64,000 nt of DNA, from positions 544,001-608,000 of the forward strand of contig CAVXPZ010000001.1 of NCBI GenBank assembly GCA_963763775.1, given 5' to 3'. The stretch is from an uncultured Chloroflexia bacterium. Its GTDB lineage: Bacteria; Chloroflexota; Limnocylindria; Limnocylindrales; CSP1-4. The translations under genes and the position numbers were made by a program. Below the pieces are notes generated by a model. The model saw only the letters and a list, made by a program, of their open reading frames with translations. It made no database searches and was not told the DNA's origin. This document shows, one piece after another, positions 22,975-33,449 of the stretch (position 1 is the stretch's first letter; each line of letters starts with the position of its first letter).

Positions 22975-25465
22975 CTAGGTCCGGAAGCGGGCACCCAGGT
23001 CGGCGGTCAGCCCGGCGACGACCGCGGCGACGGCCTCGTCGACCTCGGCCTCGGTGAGCGTCCGGTCGTCGCTCCGAAGGATCAGGCGGTAGGCGAGGCT
23101 CTTGTCGGCGTCGTCCAGCGGGCGGCCGCGGTAGACATCGAAGAGCTCGACCCGCCGCAGCAGGGGGCCACCGTGCCGTCGGATCGCCGCGTCCACGTCT
23201 GCCGCCGCCCGGTCCAGCGGCATGATCACCGCGAGGTCCCGCTCCACGGACGGCTGACGCGACGGGGTCGCCCCGGCCGGCACGCTCGGTCGGCCGCCGG
23301 CCAGGCCGGCGACCGCGAGTTCGGCCAGGACCACGCGGTCCGCGCGCAGGTCGAGGGCCTCGAGGGTGTCGGGATGCAGCTCACCGATCCGCCCCGTGAC
23401 GCGGCCGCCCGTCGAGACCCGGGCCGCGCGGCCGGGATGGAGGTTCGGGTCGTCGGTCAGCGGTGCGTAGGTCGGGGCGTCGAACCCCAGATGCCGGCAG
23501 AGCAGCTCGATGAGGCCCTTGCCGTCGTCGAGGTCGTACGGGCGGGCGGCCCGGTTCCAGGCCGGCGGCTCCGCCGGGCCGGTCAGGGCGAACCCGAGGC
23601 GCCACCACTCGTGCGTGCGGCGGGTCGTCGGTCGCGCCGTAGCCCTTGCCGACCTCGAAGATCGCGACCGCGTCGCGCCCGTACCGGACGTTCGTGGAGA
23701 CCACGTCGAGCAGGCTGCCGGCGAGCCGCTGGCGAAGCACGGAGTGCTGGCTGGACAGCGGGTTCGTGACCGTGATCGGCCGCCCGGCGGCGCGCTGCTC
23801 CGGTTCCTCGGCCAGCACCTCGTCGTCGACGACCGGGAACCGCTCGACGTTCCGGGGCGACACGAGCGCGAAGGTGACGACCTCCGTGAGGCCCGCGCCG
23901 ACCAGCGTCGTCCGGACGTGGTCGCGCGTCTCGAGCGGGTCGTGCCGATACGTGGGCATCGGGGTGTGCGGCAGGATCGAGGGGACCAGGTCGTAGCCGC
24001 GGACCCGGATGATCTCCTCGGCGATGTCGGCCTCGACCGCGAGGTCGCGACGCCACGTGGGCACGATCGCGTCGACGACCGCGTCGGCCCCGGGGTCGGC
24101 GTCGAGCGGGCGCGTGCCGCCGGCGATGGGGATCCGGGTGCCCGGTGCCGCGGGCGCGCTCTCGATCCCGACCCGGGCGAGCAGGTCGCGCTGCTCGTCG
24201 GCCTCGAGCGAGGTCCCGAGCAGTCGGTTCACTCGGGCCGGGCGGAACGCCACCCGCGCGACGTCGGGTTCGATCGGGTTCGAGTCGACGGCGCCCGGCG
24301 CGACCGTGCCCCCGGCCCATTCGGCGACGAGACGGGCCGTGCGATCCGCCCCGATCCGTGCCAGGCGGAACTCCTGACCCTTCTCGAAGCGCAGGCTCGC
24401 CTCGGATCGGAGGGCGTAGCGGAACGCCGTCCGACGGATCGTCACCGGGTCGAAGATCGCGGATTCGACGGCGACCTCCGTGGTCGAGGGCGACACTTCC
24501 GAGCCCGCCCCGCCCATGACCCCCGCGAGGCCGATCGGCCCGGCCGGATCCGTGATCAGCAACGTGTCCGGGTCGAGGTCGCGCATCACGTGGTCGAGCG
24601 TCTCTAGGCGCTCCCCGCGTTCGGCGCGGCGCACGATGATCCGACCCTCGTGGATCGCGGCGGCATCGAAGGTGTGGACCGGCTTGCCGAGCTCGATCAT
24701 CACGTAGTTGCTCGCGTCGACGACGTTGCTGATCGGCCGCTGGCCGGCGGCCATGAGCCGCATCTGGACGCGGTCGGGCGACGGCCCGATCGTCACGCCG
24801 CTGACCCAGCGGCCGACGAACCGCGGGCACAGGTCCGGCTCGCGCACCTCGACGCTGAGGCGTTCGCTGGTCGGCTGGCCGCCGGTCTCGACATCCGTGG
24901 GCGGGAACCGGAGCGGCGAACCGGTCACGGCCGCGACCTCGCGCGCCAGGCCGACGATCGACAGGGCGTCGCCCCGGTTCGGCTTGACGTCGACGTCGAG
25001 GACCGTGTCGCCGTAGAGCGCGGTGAGCGCGGCACCGATCGGCGTGTCCGACGGCAGGATCAGGATCCCCTCCCCGTCGGCGGTCAGTCCCAGCTCGTCG
25101 CCGGAGCAGAGCATCCCGTTGCTGACGACGCCCATCTTCTCGGTCCGCTCGATCCGTCGGTCGCCGGGCAGGACCGCGCCGGGCAGCGCCACCGGGACCC
25201 GCTGTCCGACGGCGATGTTCGTCGCCCCGCACACGATCTCGAGCGGCTCCCCGTCACCGACCGCGACGCGCGTCAACGACAGGCGGTCGGCTCGCGGGTG
25301 ACGGTCGACCGCCAGCAGCTCGCCGACCACGACGTTTCGCCACCCGGCGCCCCACGCCTCGACGCCCTTGACCTCCATCCCGAGGAGCGTCAGGCGCTCC
25401 GCGAGCGCCTCGGGCGTGAGGTCGACGTCCACGAACTCGCGCAACCAGCTCAGCGGCACCCTCAT
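22975..25465 (-). CDS. pheT: Phenylalanine--tRNA ligase beta subunit (frameshifts ~23620, ~23400)
   Basis: MRVPLSWL, IVCGA, PNRGD, NYVMIELGKPVHTFD, DIAEE..R..GY, C-terminal RDLA...KSLAYRL. Confidence 0.95.
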
Positions 25466-26502
25466 CGGAACTGCTCCAGGAACCGGAGGTCGTCCTCGAG
25501 GAACAACCGCAGGTCCGTGATGCCGTGCTTGAGCATCTTGATGCGCTCGGGGCCCATCCCGAACGCGAAGCCCTGGTAGCGCTCCGGGTCCAGACCGCCG
25601 TACTGGAGCACGACCGGGTGGACCATGCCGGCGCCCAGGATCGTCATCCAACCCGTCCGGCCGCAGGCGGGGCAGCCACTGCCGCCGCAGACAAGGCACT
25701 CGACGTCGAACGCGACCGACGGCTCCGTGAACGGGTAGTAACCCGGCCGGAACCGCGTCCTCTTGTCCGCGCCGTACATCGCCTTGGCGAACTGGTCGAG
25801 CAGGCCTTTGAGATCGGCCATGGTCGTGCCTTCGTCGACCATCAACCCCTCGACCTGGAAGAACTCCGAGCCGTGCGAGGCGTCGATCGCCTCGTATCGG
25901 AAGCATCGGCCCGGGAGCAGGGCCCGGATGGGCGGCTTGACCGTGCGCAGCACGTGGATCTGACCCGGCGACGTGTGGGTCCGGAGCAGCCGGCCCTCGA
26001 CATCGACGTACAGCGTGTCCCAGAGGTCCCGTGCCGGATGATCGGGCGGGATGTTGAGCATCTGGAAGTTCGTGAGGTCGTCCTCGATCTCCGGGCTCTC
26101 GTACGAGACGAACCCGAACTGCTCGAAGATCCGGCCGATCTCGCGCATCCCCTCGATGCTGGGATGGAGCGTCCCGCGGGCGATCGGGCGGCCCGGCGTC
26201 GTGACGTCGACACGTTCAGCGACCAGGCGTTCCGCGAGGGCCGATCCGTGCAGCAGCGCCCCACGCCTCGCGATAGCGGACTCGATCGCGGTTCGGACGG
26301 TGTTGGCGATGGCGCCGACGCGCGGCCGGTCATCGGCCGGCAACGCCCCGATGCCGCGCAGCACGGACGTCAAGCGACCCTTCTTGCCGAGGATGTCGAG
26401 CTCGAGGGCATCGAGCGTGCGGGCGTCCGGGCTGGCCTCGATCGCCGCCAGCGCGTCGTCGCGCAGCGTCTCGAGGTCGCGGGTCAGGTCGGCGAGGTCC
26501 AC
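25462..26502 (-). CDS. pheS: Phenylalanine--tRNA ligase alpha subunit
   Basis: HPARD, LRTHTS, FFQVEG, PFTEPS, GFAFGMG. Confidence 0.97.
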   Translation of the reverse strand: MDLADLTRDLETLRDDALAAIEASPDARTLDALELDILGKKGRLTSVLRGIGALPADDRPRVGAIANTVRTAIESAIARRGALLHGSALAERLVAERVDVTTPGRPIARGTLHPSIEGMREIGRIFEQFGFVSYESPEIEDDLTNFQMLNIPPDHPARDLWDTLYVDVEGRLLRTHTSPGQIHVLRTVKPPIRALLPGRCFRYEAIDASHGSEFFQVEGLMVDEGTTMADLKGLLDQFAKAMYGADKRTRFRPGYYPFTEPSVAFDVECLVCGGSGCPACGRTGWMTILGAGMVHPVVLQYGGLDPERYQGFAFGMGPERIKMLKHGITDLRLFLEDDLRFLEQFR

Positions 26503-26526
26503 ATCCGTCCTTCCGGGAGTGACCCG

Positions 26527-26566
26527 AGAATCAGAAGCCCTCGAGCGTCAGCGACGTCGAGGGCTC
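26527..26566 (-). terminator. Terminator-like hairpin between rplT and pheS
   Basis: GAGCCCTCGA...TCGAGGGCTT followed by CTGATTCT. Confidence 0.5.
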
Positions 26567-26601
26567 GTGTCGGGCCGTGATAACCGCCGAATCGGCGGCG
26601 G

Positions 26602-26952
26602 TCAGGCGCCCTTGGCGAGCTCGACGATCCGCCCGAAGGTGGCGGCGTCGCGAACCGCCAGGTCCGCCAGGATCTTGCGGTCGATCTCGACGTCGGCCTT
26701 CTTGAGGCCGTTGATGAACTGCCCGTAGGTCAGCCCGTTCTGGCGCGCCGCGGCGTTGATCCGGACGACCCACAGCTGGCGCATCTGGCGCTTCCGCTGC
26801 TTGCGGTCCCGGGTGGCGTAGGCGAGCGCATGGAGCAGGGCCTCGCGCGCCGGCTTGATCAGCCGCGACTTGGTGCCCTTGCGGCCCTCAGCGTCCTGGA
26901 GCAGGCGCTTGTGGCGCCGGTGGGCCGTGACGCCCCGCTTGACTCGTGCCAT
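26602..26952 (-). CDS. rplT: 50S ribosomal protein L20
   Basis: [33 protein letters not shown]. Confidence 0.98.
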   Translation of the reverse strand: MARVKRGVTAHRRHKRLLQDAEGRKGTKSRLIKPAREALLHALAYATRDRKQRKRQMRQLWVVRINAAARQNGLTYGQFINGLKKADVEIDRKILADLAVRDAATFGRIVELAKGA

Positions 26953-26970
26953 GTGGTCTGAACGCCTTCC

Positions 26971-27168
26971 TTACAGGTACGGCAGCAGGCGTCGGACCTG
27001 CTTGGCGTGCTCGGGGCCGATCACGGACTTGCCGGCGTACCGGCGGGTCCGTCGAGACGACTTGATCTCGAGATGATGGCCGCTCCAGGCGTTGACCCGG
27101 ATGATCTTGCCGCTCCCGGTCACGCCGATGCGCTTCTGGGCGGCCTTGTGGCTCTTGATCTTCGGCAC
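26971..27168 (-). CDS. rpmI: 50S ribosomal protein L35
   Basis: MPKIKSHK...KR...TGSGK; position between infC and rplT. Confidence 0.95.
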   Translation of the reverse strand: MPKIKSHKAAQKRIGVTGSGKIIRVNAWSGHHLEIKSSRRTRRYAGKSVIGPEHAKQVRRLLPYL

Positions 27169-27175
27169 GCCGGCC

Positions 27176-27925
27176 TCACTCTCCTGTGGCGACCGGCTCG
27201 GGAGCCGGTGCCGCTTCGGTCTTGGTCGCAGCCGGCGCGGGCGCCGGTGCGGGTTCGGTCTTGGTCGCGGCCGGCGCGGGCGCCGGCGTGGTTGCGCGTT
27301 TCACCGGTGCCGCGGCCGGAGCCGGAGCACCATCGGTCATCGGTGCCGCGGCGGTGACCGCCTCGGCGGTCTCGTCGTCGGCCGGCCGTGGGGCCGGGCC
27401 GTCGTGTCCCTTGGGCTTGTGGGTCGACGCCATCGTGATGTGCATCGACTTGCCTTCCAGGAGCGGCGTCCGCTCGGGGATCCCGTGATCCTTGACTCGA
27501 TCGGAGAACCGAGCGAGGAGGTTCCGGCCGATCTCCGGATGGGTCAATTCTCGACCGCGGAAGCGGACGGTCACCTTGATGCGATCACCCTCCTCGAGGA
27601 ACTCGATCGCCCGGTGGACCTTGGTATCGAAGTCGCCGACGCCGATCTTCGGCGACAGGCGGACTTCCTTGAAGGTGACCGAGCGCTGCTTGCGCTTGGC
27701 TTCCTTCTCGCGCTTCGTGAGTTCGTACTTGTACTGCCCGAAGTCCAGGAACTTGACCACCGGTGGCGAGGCCATCGGTGCCACTTCCACGAGGTCGAGT
27801 CCCCGCTCCTGCGCCATCTCGAGCGCCCGCGGCGTGGGCATCACACCCAGCTGGGCACCTTCCTCATCGACCACCCGGACCTGAGGGATCCGGATCATCT
27901 GATTGACTCGCAGGTCTCGGCTGAT
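27176..27925 (-). CDS. infC: Translation initiation factor IF-3 (ATC start, Pro/Ala-rich tail)
   Basis: AAGGAG 6 nt before in-frame ATC at 27925; LDLVEVAP, DFGQYKYE, FRGRE. Confidence 0.95.
   Translation of the reverse strand: MSRDLRVNQMIRIPQVRVVDEEGAQLGVMPTPRALEMAQERGLDLVEVAPMASPPVVKFLDFGQYKYELTKREKEAKRKQRSVTFKEVRLSPKIGVGDFDTKVHRAIEFLEEGDRIKVTVRFRGRELTHPEIGRNLLARFSDRVKDHGIPERTPLLEGKSMHITMASTHKPKGHDGPAPRPADDETAEAVTAAAPMTDGAPAPAAAPVKRATTPAPAPAATKTEPAPAPAPAATKTEAAPAPEPVATGE
27204..27288. repeat. ~39-bp tandem repeat in the infC tail (PAPAPAATKTE units)
   Basis: TTCGGTCTTGGTCGC(A/G)GCCGGCGCGGGCGCCGG occurs twice. Confidence 0.7.
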
Positions 27926-28063
27926 GGTTCGCTCCTTGTACGTTCCCGGGCAGACGACCGGCACGGGCACATAGCCCGCCTTCGGCCGAGCCGGGAGGAT
28001 AGCATATCGGGTCCTCGAGCGACAACGACCAGGGAGGTCCCGGCAGGCGCCCCGAACGTGACC

Positions 28064-29898
28064 TCAGGCGATGCCGCGCTGTCGGCTCTCCTCCGCCAGG
28101 CGGTCGGCGAACGCCTCCCAGTCCTGGGGCTCCTGCTGCTCGCCGGCCCTGGTCCGCGGCGAAGCCGTGCGAGCCTCGATCTCGCGGTCGCCGAGGACGA
28201 CCATGTACGGCACCTTCTGCTCCTGGGCGAGCCGGATCTTGTTCTGCATCCGGTTGTCCGACGCGTCGACCTCGACCCGGAGGCCGCGATCGTGGAGGAC
28301 GCCGGCGAGCTCCCGGGCAGCGTCGACGTGCCGGTCGGCGATCGGGACCACGACGGCCTGGACCGGGGCCAGCCACAGCGGGAAGGCCCCGGCGAAGTGC
28401 TCGGTGATGACGCCGATGAACCGCTCCAGCGAGCCGTAGATCGCCCGGTGGATCGCGACCGGGCGTTGCTGCTTCCCCTCCTCGTCGATGTAGTGCAGGT
28501 CGAACCGTTCGGGCAGCATCACCAGGTCGACCTGGATCGTGGCCGTCTGCCACTCGCGCCCGAGCGCGTCCTCGACCTGGATGTCGATCTTCGGCGCGTA
28601 GAACGCGCCGTCCTTCTCCTTGACGCGATATTCGCGCGCCGGAGCGCTCGAGGGCGTCGCGGATCAGGCTCTCGGCCCGGTCCCACAGCGCCGGGTCGCC
28701 GAGCGCCTTGTCGGGACGTGTCCCGAACGTGAAGTGCGGCGTCAGCCCGACCCACGAGTAGGACTCGCGGACCTCGCTCGAGCATCGCCTCGATCTCCGA
28801 GCCGATCTGGTCGGGACGGACGTACACGTGGGCGTCGTCCGTGACGAAGTGGCGGACGCGGGTCAGCCCCGAGAGCGCGCCGGACAGCTCGTTGCGGTGG
28901 AGCTTGCCGTACTCGGACAGCCGCAGCGGCAGGTCCCGATACGACCGCACGCGACTCCGGTAGATGTAGGTGGACTCCGGGCAGTTCATCGGCTTGAGGC
29001 TGAACGTCTGCTCCTCGGCTTCCACGAGGAACATGTGCTCGCGATAGAGGTCCCAGTGCCCGGATTGCTCCCAGAGGCGCTGATGGACCAGCGGCGGCGT
29101 GTAGATCTCCTGGTAGCCCCGTCGCTCCTGGAGCTCGCGCATGGCGTTCTCGAGCGTCCGGTACAGCGTCCAGCCCTTGGGGTGCCAGAACGCGGCGCCG
29201 GGCGAGATGTCGTGGAAGCTGAAGAGGTCGAGCTGGACCCCGAGCCGGCGGTGGTCGCGTTTCTTGGCCTCGGCGCGGCGCCACAGGTACTGGTCCAGCT
29301 CCGCCTGCGTCGCCCACACCGTGCCGTAGACGCGCTGGAGCATCGGTCGGTGCTCGTCGCCGCGCCAGTACGCACCGGCGACGGCGAGGAGCTTGAACGG
29401 GCCGACGTTGCCCGTGCTCGCCACGTGCGGCCCCTTGCACAGGTCGACGAACGGCCCGTGCTCGTAGACCGACACGGGCGGCATCGGCTCGCCGGCGCCC
29501 GTCGCCTTCGCCGCGAGGTCGTCGAGGATCTCCACCTTGAACGGCTGGTCGCGCTCGGCGAAGAAGGCCCGCCCGTCGGCCGGCGACAGCTCGCGCCGGA
29601 CGAACGGGTGGTCCGCAGCGACGCTCGCCGCCATCCGCGCCTCGATCGCCGCGAGGTCATCCGGCGTCAGCGGCCGGTCGAGCTTGAAGTCGTAGTAGAA
29701 GCCGTCGTCGATGGCCGGGCCGATCCCGAGCTGGGTGCCCGGGTACAGGTCCATGACCGCCTCGGCCATGACGTGCGCCGCCGAGTGGCGCATCGCGTCG
29801 AGCTCGCTGTGGGCGCCCGCGTCCAGCAGCTCGTCCGCGGAGCCGCGGGCCGGTGCCTCGAACAGCTCATCGCCGTCGTCGCGCTGTTCGTCGCTCAT
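28064..29898 (-). CDS. thrS: Threonine--tRNA ligase (frameshifts ~28780, ~28640, ~28520)
   Basis: RHSAAH, DLCKGPH, RDHR, KPMNCP, GLTRVR, DDAH, IHRAIYGSLERF. Confidence 0.96.
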
Positions 29899-29914
29899 CG
29901 TCCGGACCTCCTGA

Positions 29915-30146
29915 GAATCACGAAACCTCTCGTCCATCGACAGGACGAGAGGTTCACTCCCGCGGTCCCACCCGCCTTCGCGAGCCCGAGAGGCTCACGC
30001 ACTCGTGGTCGCGCTAACGGGCGACGCCCGGATCGGTTCACCGATCGCTCGCGGGTGGTGCCGGCCGGGTCGATCGTCGGGCTCGCAGCAGGTGCCCGGC
30101 TCTCTGGGGATCGATGGAACGGCTGGCGCGTCCCGTTCGACGCTGT
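29915..30146 (-). promoter_or_regulatory. Thr T-box riboswitch with terminator
   Basis: Stem I with AGAGAG and GCTG loops, ACC (Thr) specifier, CCGTTA element, T-box GGGTGGGACCGCG, hairpin AACCTCTCGTCC...GGACGAGAGGTT. Confidence 0.88.
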
Positions 30147-30158
30147 CTGCAGAAGATG

Positions 30159-30235
30159 TGGTGGGCGACACTGGACTCGAACCAGTGACCTCTTGCATGT
30201 CAAGCAAGTGCTCTAACCAGCTGAGCTAGCCGCCC
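30159..30235 (-). tRNA. tRNA-Val(GAC)
   Basis: Cloverleaf GGGCGGC...CTTGC-TTGACAT-GCAAG...GGTTCGAGTCC...GTCGCCCACCA, 77 nt with CCA. Confidence 0.97.
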
Positions 30236-30380
30236 ACGTCGCCGGTGTCCGCTCCCCGTGGTCGCGTCTCCGTTGGCTCACGGGTGTTCCAGGTCCGTGA
30301 CGGAGCCGTGCCCGCGGTGATCGACCGCCGGCGGCGACGCGCATCATACCCCGAGCCTCGGGTGACGTCATCATCGACCG

Positions 30381-31212
30381 ATGACCGGACCGACGCCGTA
30401 CGCGCTGCTCGATGTCGGCGGCGGCGGCCGACTCGAGCGGTTCGGCGAGCGAGTGGTGGACCGCCCGGCACCGGGCGCGCTCGGCGACCGCCGCGATCCG
30501 GCCGCCTGGCGGCGCGCCGACCTTCGCTTCGACCGCGACGGCGGATGGAGCGGTCCGGCTGCGGACGAAGCCCCGTGGTCGGTCGAGGTGGCCGGGGTGA
30601 CCCTCGAGCTGCGGCCGACCGACGCCGGGCAGGTCGGGCTGTTCCCGGAACACATCGCGACCGTGCCGTGGCTGCTCGCCCAGGGCGCCGCGACGATGCT
30701 GAGCCTGTTCGCCTACACCGGTCTGGCGACGCTCGCCGCGGCACGGGCCGGGACCGCGGTCACCCACGTGGACGCGTCGCGTCCCGCGGTCGCGTGGGCG
30801 CGGCACAACGCCGAACGCTCCGGCCTGGCGGACCGACCCATCCGCTGGATCGTCGACGACGCCCGCGGGTTCGTCGCACGGGAGGCGCGGCGCGGGCGGT
30901 CGTACGCCGCGATCGTCCTCGATCCGCCGACCTACGGTCACGGACCGGGCGGCCGGGCGTGGTCGATGGCCGACCTGCCCGCCCTGCTCGCTGACTGCCG
31001 CGCGCATCCTCGAACCGGGCGGGGCCGTCCTCCTCACCGCGCATACCCCCGACCACGACGAGGACCGGCTCGCGGCCCTGCTTGCTACCGGGGTCGGCGT
31101 GCCGGCCGGCCGCATCGGCACCGGCCGGCTGGCGATCGCCACCGAGGACGGCCGGGTGCTCGAGCTCGGCGCGTTCGCCCGGGTCGCAGCCACCGCCGAC
31201 CGGGCATCATGA
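30381..31212 (+). CDS. Class I SAM-dependent methyltransferase, RlmI/RlmK-like (frameshift ~31000)
   Basis: RLERFG, QVGLFPE, LSLFAYTG, HVDAS, IVDDA, LDPPTYG. Confidence 0.85.
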
Positions 31213-32048
31213 CGTCGATGCCCTCCCCTGCCCCACCGACTCTCACGAGCCGAGCGAACCCGCGTGTCGTCGCGGTCGCGGCCCTGCGCGACCGACGCGA
31301 GCGCGACCGGTCCGGGCTGACCGTCGTGGACGGCGCGCGGGAGGTCCGACGCGCGCTCGACGCCGGGGCATCGGTCGTCGAAGCGTTCATCTGCGGATCA
31401 CGACTGGCCGGGCCGGACGCCCGCGCGGCCCTCGACCGCCTGACGGCGGCCGACGTCCCGACCACCTCGGTCAGCGAGGCGGTCTTCGAGAAGATCGGCT
31501 TCGGCGACCGGGCCGAGGGGATCGTCGCGACCGTCCGCATCCCGGACCTCGCGCTCGAGACGCTGGTGCTCCCAGGAGACGCCCTGGTCGTTGTCCTCGA
31601 GGCCGTCGAGAAACCCGGCAACCTCGGCGCGGTCCTCCGGTCCGCGGACGGCGCCGGCGTGGATGCCCTGGTCGCGGCCTCGCCGACGACCGACCTGTAC
31701 AACCCGAACACGATCCGCGCGAGCGCCGGCACCATCTTCCAGGTCCCGCTCGCCTCGGCGCCCGCGGACGACGTCCTCGCCTGGACGCGGGCCCAGCACC
31801 TGCGGGTCGTCGCGGCGCGCGTGGACGGGGCGCTGCCCTACACCGACGCGGACCTGACCGGTCCCCTGGCGATCGTGCTGGGCGCGGAGGCGGACGGACT
31901 GACGGACGCCTGGCGGGCCGCAGACGTGGAGCCGGTGTCCATCCCGATGCACGGGATCGCGGACAGCCTCAACGTCTCGGTCTCGGCCGCGGTGTTGCTC
32001 TACGAGGCCCGACGGCAACGCGGATGGACTCGCGATGGCGGAGACTGA
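31209..32048 (+). CDS. TrmH/SpoU RNA methyltransferase
   Basis: KPGNLGAVLRSA, LGAEADGL, IPM...DSLNVSVSAAV. Confidence 0.92.
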   Translation: MTSMPSPAPPTLTSRANPRVVAVAALRDRRERDRSGLTVVDGAREVRRALDAGASVVEAFICGSRLAGPDARAALDRLTAADVPTTSVSEAVFEKIGFGDRAEGIVATVRIPDLALETLVLPGDALVVVLEAVEKPGNLGAVLRSADGAGVDALVAASPTTDLYNPNTIRASAGTIFQVPLASAPADDVLAWTRAQHLRVVAARVDGALPYTDADLTGPLAIVLGAEADGLTDAWRAADVEPVSIPMHGIADSLNVSVSAAVLLYEARRQRGWTRDGGD

Positions 32049-33447
32049 CTCGATGAACGACCCCTTCGACTTCGTGATCATCGGCGCGGGACCGGCCGGC
32101 GAGGCCGCCGCGCACAAGGCCCGTGAGCTCGGCGCCTCGGTCGCCGTCGTCGACGCGCGATGGTTCGGCGGCAGCTGCCCGCATATCGGGTGCGTGCCGT
32201 CGAAGGCGCTGCTCAACAGCGCGGCCCGGCACGCGGCGAACCCCGCGGCCTACGACTGGGCGCGAGCCTCGGCCCGCCGGGACTACATGGTGAACCGGGC
32301 GTCGGACGCGGCCGAACCCGATGACAGCGGCCACGTCAGGGCGCTCGAGGCGGACGGCGCGGTCTGCTACCGCGGCGTCGGTCGGATCGCCGGGCGGGGC
32401 CGGGTCGCGGTGACCCACGACGGTGCCGTCCACGACCTCGCGGCACGCAACATCGTCATCGCCGTCGGCTCGCGATCCAAGGTCCCGCCACTCGAGGGGA
32501 TCGACCGCATCCCGACGTGGACGAACCGCGATGCGACGCTCGCCCGCGACTTGCCGACGAGCCTGCTGGTCCTGGGCGGTGGCCCCACCGGCTGCGAGCT
32601 GGCACAGGTCTACGCACGGTTCGGGGTCCCGACGACGATCGTGCAATCCGGGCCGCGCCTCGCGCCGACGGACCATCCGCGCAACTCCGAGGCTCTGCTG
32701 GCGGCCTTGCAGCGCGATGGCGTCGTCGTCCGGCTCGGGGTCCGGGCACTCCGCGCCGAGGCCGCTCCCACACCGGACGGGGCGCACACCATCGACCTCG
32801 ATGACGGGACCTCGGTCACGGGTCACGCGATCCTCCTCGCGGTGGGCCGGTCGTTCCCGATCGACGACCTCGGACTCGACCAGTACGGCATCGACACCTC
32901 GGCCCGGACACCGTACCCGCGAGACGGACGTCTCCGGATCGCCGACGGCCTGTGGATCATCGGCGACACCGCCGGGCCGGAGCTCCACACCCACCAGGCC
33001 CACTACCAGGGCGAGCTGGCGGCGCGGATGGCGATGGGCGAGGACATCCGACCCGACTACCGGGCACTCCCACGGGCGACGTACACGGATCCCGAGGCGT
33101 CGTCGGTCGGCGTGACCCTCGACCAGGCCATCGCCGAGGGCCTCGATGCCTTCGAGCTCGTCGCCGACTTCGCGCGGACGGCCAAGGGGTATTCCGTCGA
33201 GGCCACCATCGGGCACGTCACGATCGTCGTCGACCGCCGGTCCCGACAGCTCGTCGGCGCGGCCATGGCCTGTCCGGATGCCTCGGCGGCGATCCACGAG
33301 TGCGTCCTGGCGGTCAAGGCCGGCGTCCCGGTCGACACGCTGGCAGAGACGATCCACGCCTTCCCGTCGACGTCGCGGATCCTCAACGGCCTGTTCGCCG
33401 ACGCCCGGCGCGAGCTCGACCGGCCCGGTAGCGTCGTCCCGTCCTGA
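32035..33447 (+). CDS. Flavoprotein disulfide reductase (LpdA/MerA-like)
   Basis: IGAGPAG, GGSCPHIGCVPSK, LGGGPTGCE, dimerisation domain. Confidence 0.88.
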   Translation: MAETDSMNDPFDFVIIGAGPAGEAAAHKARELGASVAVVDARWFGGSCPHIGCVPSKALLNSAARHAANPAAYDWARASARRDYMVNRASDAAEPDDSGHVRALEADGAVCYRGVGRIAGRGRVAVTHDGAVHDLAARNIVIAVGSRSKVPPLEGIDRIPTWTNRDATLARDLPTSLLVLGGGPTGCELAQVYARFGVPTTIVQSGPRLAPTDHPRNSEALLAALQRDGVVVRLGVRALRAEAAPTPDGAHTIDLDDGTSVTGHAILLAVGRSFPIDDLGLDQYGIDTSARTPYPRDGRLRIADGLWIIGDTAGPELHTHQAHYQGELAARMAMGEDIRPDYRALPRATYTDPEASSVGVTLDQAIAEGLDAFELVADFARTAKGYSVEATIGHVTIVVDRRSRQLVGAAMACPDASAAIHECVLAVKAGVPVDTLAETIHAFPSTSRILNGLFADARRELDRPGSVVPS

Positions 33448-33449
33448 CG

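Noticed and set aside
27926-28005. L20 leader RNA upstream of infC
   Set aside because: An extended -10 and a GC-rich leader are present, but I could not match the known L20-leader consensus by eye
30381-32048. Class I methyltransferase-SpoU fusion
   Set aside because: Junction sequence is off-frame; the alternative frame ends at an ATGA overlap (31209-31212)
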